Assembly (NCBI GenBank): GCA_002373935.1
Contig: DFKW01000006.1
Location: 3,149 to 67,148 of the forward strand
Direction: 5' to 3'
Length of the DNA: 64,000 bases
DNA from: Alphaproteobacteria bacterium UBA3635
GTDB taxonomy: Bacteria; Pseudomonadota; Alphaproteobacteria; Rs-D84
The notes under the pieces were generated by a model, which was not told the DNA's origin, searched no databases, and worked only from the letters and a program-made list of their open reading frames with translations. This document shows positions 20,659-28,726 of this stretch, in pieces; position 1 is the first letter of the stretch, and each line of letters begins with the position of its first letter. Made by a program: the position numbers and the translations under genes.

Positions 20659-20925
20659 ATGAACGACCAAAGAAAAAATGATTTTAACACATATTATCCC
20701 AGGACTTCGCGATTGGACGATGCGTGGGACGAATTGAAAAACCGCCTGGGGGTGTTGTTGTATCAATCAAAGCAAAACCACGATTTTGTAATGGCGGGGC
20801 AATTGGCAAAATTATTGGGCGCGATGTATAAAAACAAACCGACAAAACAATTACTGCGATCGATTGAGCAACGCATTGAAAAATTAGAAAAACAATTAAA
20901 CAGCACCCGACAAAAAACAAGATAA
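20659..20925 (+). CDS. Hypothetical small protein
   Basis: 88-aa ORF with a GGGGGC RBS-like sequence, followed by hairpin 20927-20945. Confidence 0.45.
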   Translation: MNDQRKNDFNTYYPRTSRLDDAWDELKNRLGVLLYQSKQNHDFVMAGQLAKLLGAMYKNKPTKQLLRSIEQRIEKLEKQLNSTRQKTR

Positions 20926-20952
20926 AAACCGGCATTACGCCGGTTGAATTTT

Positions 20953-20972
20953 TGGTGCGGGCGAAGGGAATC
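20953..20972 (-). repeat. 20-bp direct duplicate of the tRNA-Gly 3' end
   Basis: tggtgcgggcgaagggaatc is identical to 21052-21071. Confidence 0.9.
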
Positions 20973-21051
20973 CGTCACATAAATGTGCCGCGATAAAACC
21001 CTTTGCGCTAAATATATTTACCAATCGCGGCTCTGCGCCAGCAGAGACGGA

Positions 21052-21125
21052 TGGTGCGGGCGAAGGGAATCGAACCCTCGTCTAAAGCTTGGGAAGCTTT
21101 CGTGCTGCCATTATACCACGCCCGC
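21052..21125 (-). tRNA. tRNA-Gly (anticodon CCC)
   Basis: 74 nt. GCGGGCG/CGCCCGC acceptor stem, TTCGATT T-loop, anticodon loop TTCCCAA, encoded CCA. One mismatch in the D-stem. Confidence 0.9.
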
Positions 21126-21207
21126 AAATGTGCCCTTGTATTTTATAGTTCTATTTTTCTTTTGTCCAGGACAAAAATCTAGACAAATTTATATTTTGTT
21201 GTTTTGC

Positions 21208-21236
21208 TTGACTTTTGGACTTTCATGCACCATAAT
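21208..21236 (+). promoter_or_regulatory. Sigma-70-type promoter of the rpsP operon
   Basis: TTGACT, 17-nt spacer, CATAAT, followed by a ~135-nt hairpin-rich leader. Confidence 0.6.
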
Positions 21237-21378
21237 ATGCGGGCAATTCCCAAAGATTGCCATTTCAAACACCCTGTGTGCGGTATGCACAAGGAACATC
21301 CTCCGGCGAGTTTCGCCCTGGATGCCGGTTTTCTTTGTGAATAAAACCATATAAAAAATAATCTAAGGAGCAATAAGT

Positions 21379-21810
21379 ATGGCAACAGTTATTCGTTTGG
21401 CACGTTTCGGCGCAAAAAAACGCCCGTATTATCACATCGTTGTGACAGATTCGCGTAATGCACGCAATTCTGGCAATATTTTAGAGGTCGTTGGTAAATA
21501 TAACCCGATGTTGGCCAAAACAGACGAAAAACGCGTCGTGTTGAAAGTCGAAGAATTAAAAGCATGGTTGGCCAAGGGCGCAAAACCGTCTGACCGCGTG
21601 TATAAATTCATGGTGAACGCCGGTTTGGCAACCGCAAAACCTATCCCGACGCAAACAAAAAAGAATTTGCCGTCTGAAAAAACACAACAAAAGGCAAAAG
21701 ACAAAGCCGAAAAATTAGCCAAGTTGGCCGAAGAAAAAGCCGCAGCCGAAGCCGCAGCCAAAGAAGCCACCGAAAACACCGAAAACGCTGAAGTGGCGGA
21801 AAACGCATAA
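21379..21810 (+). CDS. rpsP: Ribosomal protein S16 with Lys/Ala/Glu-rich C-terminal extension
   Basis: MATVIRLARFGAKKRPYYHIVV. Confidence 0.95.
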   Translation: MATVIRLARFGAKKRPYYHIVVTDSRNARNSGNILEVVGKYNPMLAKTDEKRVVLKVEELKAWLAKGAKPSDRVYKFMVNAGLATAKPIPTQTKKNLPSEKTQQKAKDKAEKLAKLAEEKAAAEAAAKEATENTENAEVAENA

Positions 21811-21814
21811 TATT

Positions 21815-22054
21815 ATGGTAATGGAAAACACATCAAAATATTCGGATATTGAATTACGGCACGCATTAAGTGCCGTGTTCAAATCCGTATATTTCGTGAA
21901 CCGGCGCGCCAAGCATAAATTGAACGACAGTTATTTCTTGAATTTTTATGGATTGGTTGACTATGCACGGGCGAACAATATCGACGAAATGGATTATATT
22001 CGCAGTATTCGCGATGTGTTATTGACATATCCACAAACATATCCGGCACGATAA
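21815..22054 (+). CDS. Hypothetical small protein inside the rpsP operon
   Basis: 79-aa ORF tightly packed between rpsP and the next ORF. Confidence 0.45.
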   Translation: MVMENTSKYSDIELRHALSAVFKSVYFVNRRAKHKLNDSYFLNFYGLVDYARANNIDEMDYIRSIRDVLLTYPQTYPAR

Positions 22055-22260
22055 TGAGCAATATAAATTGTCCATATGATAATCAATACTGTTCGGACAA
22101 AGACCGGCGTTTTTCCCAATGGGCAAATATTGTGACGACATATACAATGCCACAACCAATCAACCCTGATGCATTTTCAGGATGCCCGAACGAGAAAACA
22201 TGCCCGCGGCATCCGTGCATTTTGACAAACAACAAGGTTGCAGGTCATGAACAAAGATAA
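22054..22260 (+). CDS. Hypothetical Cys-rich small protein
   Basis: 68-aa ORF with 5 Cys. Its start overlaps the previous stop and its end overlaps the rimM start. Confidence 0.4.
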   Translation: MSNINCPYDNQYCSDKDRRFSQWANIVTTYTMPQPINPDAFSGCPNEKTCPRHPCILTNNKVAGHEQR

Positions 22261-22714
22261 CAGAATTTTGGTTGGAAAAATTGTGGCCCCCCAGGGTATC
22301 CAGGGCGATGTGCGCGTTCAAACATACACCGCGAACCCAACGGATTTTGCAGAACTGCGCGTTTGGTCGGGAATTTTTGGTGTGGATGATTTCAAATTCA
22401 TCCGTGTGGTGCCAAATTCTGATGTTATTATTGCGCATGTGCGTGGGTATGAAGACCGGACGAGTGCCGAACATTTACGCGGAACACGTCTGTTTATAAA
22501 TCGCGATACATTGCCCGATGATGTGCATGATGGCGAATATTATCAAGCTGACTTGATTGGGTTCGATGTTGTACGTGGTGGTGAAAATTTGGGGACAATT
22601 GTGTGTTTTCAAAACTATGGTGCGGGCGATATAATTCAAACAGATGACGGCAATATGTATTCGTTTATTGGTGCCGTTGTTGATTTTGATAAAAAAATCA
22701 TCATGATAAAGTAG
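22247..22714 (+). CDS. rimM: 16S rRNA processing protein RimM
   Basis: VGKIVAPQGIQGDVRV N-terminus. Start trimmed to MNKDNRIL. Confidence 0.9.
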   Translation: MNKDNRILVGKIVAPQGIQGDVRVQTYTANPTDFAELRVWSGIFGVDDFKFIRVVPNSDVIIAHVRGYEDRTSAEHLRGTRLFINRDTLPDDVHDGEYYQADLIGFDVVRGGENLGTIVCFQNYGAGDIIQTDDGNMYSFIGAVVDFDKKIIMIK

Positions 22715-22727
22715 AGGTGTATCATAT

Positions 22728-22958
22728 ATGAAAAATTCAACCATGGTGGAGTTAGATGTGACACCAATATCATTTCAATGCTTTGATGCAAACGAATGCC
22801 CGGCAATTACGGTATTGAAAAACGAAATGCCGTCCGTAAAATTTGAAACATTACCGGATGGAACAACTGTTTCAAAATGCCCGGTGGCTGATTTTGCCCA
22901 GGCCCAAGAAAAAGTCCGCACGATATGTTTTGGTTGTCGCGCACGCGGGATTAGATAA
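22728..22958 (+). CDS. Hypothetical Cys-rich small protein
   Basis: 76-aa ORF between rimM and trmD. Cys pairs at CFDANEC and CFGC. Confidence 0.45.
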   Translation: MKNSTMVELDVTPISFQCFDANECPAITVLKNEMPSVKFETLPDGTTVSKCPVADFAQAQEKVRTICFGCRARGIR

Positions 22959-22975
22959 CAACAAAAAAGTAAAAA

Positions 22976-23662
22976 ATGCACTTTAACATATTGACCATTT
23001 TTCCAGATATGTTTCCGGGAACCCTGGGTGCGGGGGTGGTTGGGCGCGCATTTGATAAAAAAATATGGTCAATGGATGTTATAAATATTCGCGATTTTGC
23101 CATAAATAATTATGGCAGTGTTGACGACGAACAATTTGGTGGGGGAGCCGGTATGGTTATGCGACCGGATGTGTTGGGCGCGGCATTGGACTCGGTTAAA
23201 AACCCGGGTAAAATCATATACTTTTCGCCGCGCGGTGTGCCATTGACACAAAAATTGGTGCGCGAATTTGCGGCAGATAAAAATGCGATATATACCCTGC
23301 TCTGTGGTCGGTACGAAGGCATCGACGAACGCGTTTTGGACGAATATGACATTACCGAGGTTTCAATCGGCGATTACATTTTGTCCGGTGGCGAGGTTGC
23401 CGCGCAAGTTTTTGTTGACAGTTGCGTTCGCGTGATGGATAATGTGTTGCACGGTGGTAATGCATCCACCGAAAATGAAAGTTTCGAAATCGGGGGGTTG
23501 GAATGGCCATTATATACCCGCCCGTCAGTATGGCGTGGACGAAGCGTCCCAGAAGTCCTGCTGTCCGGTCACCATGGCAATATCGAACGGTGGCGGAAAC
23601 AACAATCGGACGACATAACACAACAAAGACGTCCGGATTTAATAAAGGAAAATAAAAAATGA
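22976..23662 (+). CDS. trmD: tRNA (guanine37-N1)-methyltransferase
   Basis: [16 protein letters not shown]-terminus, 228 aa. Confidence 0.95.
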   Translation: MHFNILTIFPDMFPGTLGAGVVGRAFDKKIWSMDVINIRDFAINNYGSVDDEQFGGGAGMVMRPDVLGAALDSVKNPGKIIYFSPRGVPLTQKLVREFAADKNAIYTLLCGRYEGIDERVLDEYDITEVSIGDYILSGGEVAAQVFVDSCVRVMDNVLHGGNASTENESFEIGGLEWPLYTRPSVWRGRSVPEVLLSGHHGNIERWRKQQSDDITQQRRPDLIKENKK

Positions 23663-24048
23663 GCATATTGAAAAAAATTGAAGAAAAACAAATTGCAAAA
23701 TTAAAAGGCGACAAAGTTATTCCAAACTTTAAGGCCGGTGACACGGTTCGTGTTCATGTAAAAATTAAAGATGGCGACAAATTCCGTATCCAAATGTTCG
23801 AAGGTGTCGTTATCGCACGCGATGGTGGCGATGGCAACAACGCATCGTTCACTGTGCGTCGCGAATCTTATGGTGTGGGTGTGGAACGCAAATTCCCATT
23901 ATATACACCGGCGATTGAAAAAATCGAAAAGGTTCGTATCGGTCGTGTTCGTCGTGCAAAATTGTTCTTTTTACGCAAATTGTCTGGTAAAAAGGCACGT
24001 ATTGTTGAAGATTTGGCGGCAACATCGGCCGAAAAATCTGCAAAATAA
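23659..24048 (+). CDS. rplS: Ribosomal protein L19
   Basis: [29 protein letters not shown]. Confidence 0.95.
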   Translation: MSILKKIEEKQIAKLKGDKVIPNFKAGDTVRVHVKIKDGDKFRIQMFEGVVIARDGGDGNNASFTVRRESYGVGVERKFPLYTPAIEKIEKVRIGRVRRAKLFFLRKLSGKKARIVEDLAATSAEKSAK

Positions 24049-24155
24049 TTTGCGAAAAACACAAATAAAAAAAGCACCGCCCATGTTGCGCGGTGTTTTT
24101 TTTTATAAAATTTAATAATTTGACTTAGTGACAAGATAAATGTATCATTGTTGTT

Positions 24156-24518
24156 ATGAAACATTTATCCAGATTTTTTATTTTATTATTGGTGGTGTGT
24201 GGCGCAATGCCACAGTGCGCCGATGCATATATCGATCATAATGTTGCCGTTTTGCGCGTCCTGAACAAGGCCGCTGGCAAGGTGCAAACCGTGCGCGCAC
24301 CGGTTGGAAATACCGTTCAATACGACAAATTGACGATATTGGTTCGTGCGTGTAAGCAATCGGACCCGTTCGATGCAGAAAATCATTTCGCTTTTGTGGA
24401 AATTTTTAATTCGGCATCTGAACAAATTTATGGCGGATGGATGAACAGAAACGAGCCCGGACAAAACCCAATCGAAAGTCCGGATTGGGATATATGGCTG
24501 GGCGGATGCGAAGATTAA
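24156..24518 (+). CDS. DUF2155 domain protein (signal peptide)
   Basis: VLNKAAGKVQTVRAPVGNTVQYDKLTILVRAC resembles the alphaproteobacterial DUF2155 family. Confidence 0.7.
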   Translation: MKHLSRFFILLLVVCGAMPQCADAYIDHNVAVLRVLNKAAGKVQTVRAPVGNTVQYDKLTILVRACKQSDPFDAENHFAFVEIFNSASEQIYGGWMNRNEPGQNPIESPDWDIWLGGCED

Positions 24519-24534
24519 ATAATGGAGGGATAAC

Positions 24535-24867
24535 ATGAAAAAAATTTTGCGCAAAATTACAGATTTTTTCAAAAATAATTTCAAATTGATTATCGGTGTT
24601 GCGGTTCTGGTTTTGGCGGTTGCCGGGTTCTTTTTGATACAATCCAAAACAACTACATTGGAAAATGCCGATTTGAAAAAATGGACGGAAAGTTCCATAG
24701 AGGCAAAATTGTCCACGGTTCAAATTTTAACCGAAAATTCCCAGGATTCTGAATTGATTATGAAATGCGTTGATAAAATGTCAACTTTTAATGATTCTGG
24801 GGAATTTGCGGTGCGTGACGCGATTAAGTTGTGCAATATGGGTATTAAATTACAGGAAAACAATTAA
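24535..24867 (+). CDS. Hypothetical membrane-anchored protein
   Basis: 110 aa with one N-terminal TM segment. Confidence 0.5.
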   Translation: MKKILRKITDFFKNNFKLIIGVAVLVLAVAGFFLIQSKTTTLENADLKKWTESSIEAKLSTVQILTENSQDSELIMKCVDKMSTFNDSGEFAVRDAIKLCNMGIKLQENN

Positions 24868-24868
24868 A

Positions 24869-25999
24869 ATGATAAATGATGAAAAACTTATTCGTATAAA
24901 TATGGGCGCAATGTCAGGCGACACGGTGGCGGATGATGCCCACGCCACATTGTGTTTAGGTATTGAATCTTCGTGTGATGAAACATCGGCCGCGATTGTC
25001 GATTCAAACAGAAATATTTTATCGCATATAATTTACTCTCAAATTCCGGAACACCGAAAATACGGCGGTGTTGTGCCAGAGTTGGCGGCGCGTGCGCACA
25101 TTTTGGCGATTGACGATGTTATAAATCAAACATTGAATTTGGCGGGGAAAAGTATTTCCGATATTGATATTATCGCGGCGACGGCGGGCCCGGGATTGAT
25201 TGGCGGTGTGTTGGTCGGATGGATGGCGGCAACCGCGATTGCCCAGGCAACCCATAAGCCACTGGTTGCGGTAAATCATTTAGAGGGTCACGCATTGGTG
25301 CCACGTTTATCGGCGGCGGTGGCAAGCGGCACATGGAACAGCAATAGCGTCGAATTTCCTTATTTGCTGATGCTGGCATCGGGGGGACATTGTCAGATTT
25401 TATTGGTGCGTGGTGTTGGGCAATACGAATTGATTGGACAAACCATTGACGACAGCGCGGGCGAGGCATTTGATAAAATCGCCAAAATGTTGGGATTGGG
25501 ATATCCGGGCGGACCAATTATTGATAAACGCGCAAAATTGGGCGATGCGACACGATTCCATTTCCCGCGGCCATTATGCAATACACCGGGATGCGATTTT
25601 TCGTTTAGTGGTATAAAAACCGCGGCACGCGTGATGTTGGATAAAAACACCGAACCGGTAGATGATGCGTTTATAAATGATTTTTGTGCATCTTTCCAGG
25701 CGGCGGTTGTGGATTGCATTGTCAATCGTTTGGAACATGCGTTGGGAACGGATGCCGTAAAATCTGCGATGCCAAAAACACTGGTTGTGGCGGGCGGCGT
25801 TGCGAAAAACAGCGCGATACGCGCGGCCATGGAAAAATTGGCGGCGGAAAACGGCATGTTTTTTGCCGCCCCACCAATGAGTTTATGCACAGATAACGGC
25901 GCAATGATTGCATGGGCCGGCATTGAAAACTGGCGCGTGGGAAAAATTGTCACCGAACCTGTTGCGCCCCGCCCCAGATGGCCGTTGACCGAATTATAA
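24869..25999 (+). CDS. tsaD: tRNA N6-adenosine threonylcarbamoyltransferase
   Basis: GIESSCDETSAAIV motif. Start trimmed to the ATG just after the previous stop; the exact start is uncertain. Confidence 0.9.
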   Translation: MINDEKLIRINMGAMSGDTVADDAHATLCLGIESSCDETSAAIVDSNRNILSHIIYSQIPEHRKYGGVVPELAARAHILAIDDVINQTLNLAGKSISDIDIIAATAGPGLIGGVLVGWMAATAIAQATHKPLVAVNHLEGHALVPRLSAAVASGTWNSNSVEFPYLLMLASGGHCQILLVRGVGQYELIGQTIDDSAGEAFDKIAKMLGLGYPGGPIIDKRAKLGDATRFHFPRPLCNTPGCDFSFSGIKTAARVMLDKNTEPVDDAFINDFCASFQAAVVDCIVNRLEHALGTDAVKSAMPKTLVVAGGVAKNSAIRAAMEKLAAENGMFFAAPPMSLCTDNGAMIAWAGIENWRVGKIVTEPVAPRPRWPLTEL

Positions 26000-26008
26000 A
26001 GGTGCAAC

Positions 26009-26521
26009 ATGACCCCGGACAAAGAACTGTATTACGAACACGCAACGCGTAAATTGTTAAAGACAATCGATGCGATGAATTTGGGCAAATTGCCGTCGAT
26101 GCGTGCGAAAAATTTAATTTTGCTGTTTCGCGATTCTTTCAAATTACCAACGATTAAATACAAAACTTTTGAACATGAATTGGGAGACAGTTTGGCTTTT
26201 TTGAAATATGATTCTGATGGATTTTGTCGCGTGGCCAGTACCAATTTCGGCATTATGATGGGCGGCGCAGAACGATGGCAAATGATGTATATTGATGATG
26301 GATGGACATACGGCCCACATCATTTTTTAACACATATCCCAACCAAGACCATTTTGGATTTAACATACGACCAATATACAAATCACAATATTGAAATCCC
26401 GTATGATATTGCACATCCGATATCATATCAATTGGACACACCAAAAACCGACCCAGCCATGCGATTTGCGGCGGCCATGGGAATTGATTTAATCGGCGAA
26501 TTAAAAAAACAAAATGATTAA
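26009..26521 (+). CDS. Hypothetical protein
   Basis: 170-aa ORF. No family recognised. Confidence 0.5.
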   Translation: MTPDKELYYEHATRKLLKTIDAMNLGKLPSMRAKNLILLFRDSFKLPTIKYKTFEHELGDSLAFLKYDSDGFCRVASTNFGIMMGGAERWQMMYIDDGWTYGPHHFLTHIPTKTILDLTYDQYTNHNIEIPYDIAHPISYQLDTPKTDPAMRFAAAMGIDLIGELKKQND

Positions 26522-26524
26522 GAA

Positions 26525-27760
26525 ATGATTGAAAAACCCGAACCTTTTGTTAAACCAGATATGATTTTCAGTGTGTCTGATGCGTCGGCATTATTGAAAA
26601 ATGTGGTTGAAACCGCGTTCCCAGAAATTCGCGTGCGCGGCGAACTGTCGGGTATTACACGCGCAACATCGGGACATATTTATATGTCTATCAAAGATTC
26701 CGGCGCGGTGATAAATGCTATCATTTGGCGCAGTACGCCGGTGCCGTTCAAATTGGAAGAAGGGACAGAGGTTATAATTACCGGTAAATTTACAACCTAT
26801 CCGGCGCGCAGTAATTATCAATTGATTGTGAACAGTATTGAAATGGCGGGTGTCGGCGCAATATTAAAAATGTTAGAAATGCGCAAACAAAAATTGGCCG
26901 CCGAGGGGTTGTTTGACGCATCGCGCAAAAAACCGTTGCCTCGCCTGCCCCAACGAATTGGTGTCGTCACCAGTCCGACCGGTGCCGCGTTCCAAGATAT
27001 ACAAAACCGCTTGCGCGAACGATTTCCGGTGCATGTATTGTTATACCCGGCAACCGTCCAAGGGGAAACCGCCGCGCATGAGGTTGCCGCCGGCATTGAA
27101 TACTTTAACAAAATGAATAATGTCGATGTGATTATTGTTGCGCGTGGTGGTGGCGCATTGGAAGATTTATTGCCTTTCTCTGAAGAAATTGTTGTGCGTG
27201 CCGCCGCCGCAAGTCATATACCATTGATATCGGGTGTGGGACACGAGCCGGATTGGATGCTGATTGATTTTGCCGCCGATGTGCGCGCGCCAACGCCGAC
27301 GGGTGCCGCCGAAATGGTTGTGCCGACAAAGTTATCCCTGATTCAAGAATTAGACAATCTGTCGCATCGGTTGGACACGGTTTTCGCAACGCGTTTGGTC
27401 GGCATGCGTCAAAGGGTGGAAAATATTTCTGTGAAAAGTCCAAAACAAATTGTTATGGAGTGGACACAACGATTGGATGATGTCGGGCGCACAATTGGTT
27501 TGATTGTTTCAAACAAAATGGCCGTGGCGCGTCAAAAAATTGACACAGTTGCAAATATGCCGAATATTTTAACTAACAAAATGCACATGCTGAATCAAAG
27601 TATGCAACATGTTGGAAATATGCTGAACAGTTTGAGTTATAAAAATGTATTGCGGCGCGGATTTGCCATTGTGCGTGATGAAAACAATAAAATCATCAGT
27701 AATTCTGGTGGTGGCCGCCCGGCAACAATTGAATTTAACGATGGGGTAATAAAATTATGA
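26525..27760 (+). CDS. xseA: Exodeoxyribonuclease VII large subunit
   Basis: 411 aa with N-terminal OB-fold region FSVSDASALLKNVVETAFPEIRVRGELSG. Confidence 0.9.
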   Translation: MIEKPEPFVKPDMIFSVSDASALLKNVVETAFPEIRVRGELSGITRATSGHIYMSIKDSGAVINAIIWRSTPVPFKLEEGTEVIITGKFTTYPARSNYQLIVNSIEMAGVGAILKMLEMRKQKLAAEGLFDASRKKPLPRLPQRIGVVTSPTGAAFQDIQNRLRERFPVHVLLYPATVQGETAAHEVAAGIEYFNKMNNVDVIIVARGGGALEDLLPFSEEIVVRAAAASHIPLISGVGHEPDWMLIDFAADVRAPTPTGAAEMVVPTKLSLIQELDNLSHRLDTVFATRLVGMRQRVENISVKSPKQIVMEWTQRLDDVGRTIGLIVSNKMAVARQKIDTVANMPNILTNKMHMLNQSMQHVGNMLNSLSYKNVLRRGFAIVRDENNKIISNSGGGRPATIEFNDGVIKL

Positions 27761-28149
27761 TTTACACTGGATATTGGGCAAAAATAAAAGAATACGAACA
27801 ACAAAATTTGACCCCAGTTGGTATTTCCGGATGGTCGCCGGATGGGTATGCTGGCAAAACATACAAAAAACTGGCACCGAAATACGCGTGGTGGAAAGAG
27901 TGGCACGATAACAATTTATCTGAACAGTGGTATATAAACAAATATTTTGAAACCGTATTAAATAAACTGAATCCTCGCACGGTTGCGCAAGATCTGCAAC
28001 AAATGGGACAAAATGTTGTTTTATTGTGCTTTGAAACGCCCGATAAATTTTGCCACAGACATTTGGTTGCAACGTGGTTAAACGCATCCAAATTTGCAGA
28101 TGTTCGTGAATATATTTTAAAATCAAATCAAATGCAAATGAATCTGTAA
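27757..28149 (+). CDS. DUF488-like protein
   Basis: 130 aa with VVLLCFE..DKFCHRHLVATWL motif. ATGA overlap with the xseA stop. Confidence 0.6.
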   Translation: MIYTGYWAKIKEYEQQNLTPVGISGWSPDGYAGKTYKKLAPKYAWWKEWHDNNLSEQWYINKYFETVLNKLNPRTVAQDLQQMGQNVVLLCFETPDKFCHRHLVATWLNASKFADVREYILKSNQMQMNL

Positions 28150-28150
28150 A

Positions 28151-28174
28151 AAAACGCCCAATTGGGCGTTTTTT
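28151..28174. terminator. Intrinsic terminator (CGCCCAATTGGGCG type)
   Basis: AAAAA-CGCCC AATT GGGCG-TTTTTT. Confidence 0.85.
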
Positions 28175-28175
28175 A

Positions 28176-28210
28176 CAGTTTTCAGAGTACAGAGTGCAGA
28201 GTTCAATTAT
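28176..28210 (+). repeat. Tandem heptamer array (CAGAGTN x5)
   Basis: CAGTTTT CAGAGTA CAGAGTG CAGAGTT CAATTAT. Confidence 0.85.
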
Positions 28211-28238
28211 TGTGTCGGTCGTGGACCGACAACGTTAT

Positions 28239-28325
28239 TTATGTGTTTTGACGGCGGTCAATGCCAACCCACGGTGCAGCAATGCACACAGCAAATCCGG
28301 CGGAATTGATTAAAACAATAGACAT
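28239..28325 (-). pseudogene. Internally deleted, frameshifted remnant of the 72-aa XRE gene
   Basis: Aligns to both ends of 38794..39012 but lacks ~130 bp internally. A 28-codon stub remains behind an intact AGGAGG RBS. Confidence 0.8.
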
Positions 28326-28373
28326 CATCGAACCTCCTGTTTTTATTTATCACCGCCAGGATGGCGGATTCAC

Positions 28374-28445
28374 AACTGCCCCGTCACCCTGACGGGTGCC
28401 ACCCCTTCTTTTTGTGCTGGCGCACAGAAAAGACGGGGAATGTCC
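28374..28445. repeat. 72-nt two-hairpin module (copy 1 of 4)
   Basis: aactgcccc - variable hairpin - cacccc - invariant imperfect hairpin CCCCTTCTTTTTGTGC tggc GCACAGAAAAGACGGGG - aatgtcc. Confidence 0.85.
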
Positions 28446-28537
28446 AGAGATAAAAATCATAGTGCAACAACTGCACTCTGCCTGCGCCCCATAGCCCAAC
28501 GGGCGCCGGGGTGAACTTTGCACTCTGAACTTTGAAT

Positions 28538-28690
28538 AAAAAATACCGCGGAAAAAGCGCGGTTGGAGGCCAGAAAACTACTACAGAGTGTAGTGCCGCT
28601 TATTCAATATATTCGCGACCCTCCAACCAACTGGGTGGAGTTTTCTCTGTACAAGGTTTTTCTGGACCCACATTGGCAACACACCAATGC
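28538..28690 (-). ncRNA. Candidate structured RNA of ~150 nt (copy 1), unknown class
   Basis: Promoter TTGCAA-17-TAAAAT (28725-28697) and terminator ACCGCG/CGCGGT plus U-run (28563-28538). Helices covary with copy 2. Confidence 0.6.
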
Positions 28691-28726
28691 AGATATATTT
28701 TAACCGACAAAGTATAAATTTGCAAA

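Noticed and set aside
28420-28482. Strings reminiscent of RNase P RNA (ACAGAAAAG, GGGGAATGTCC, AGTGCAACAA).
   Set aside because: The order of the motifs is wrong for P4 pairing and other universal RNase P elements are missing. The sequence is duplicated and partly repeated at 51.7 kb. I judge this a chance resemblance, though a covariance-model search should confirm.
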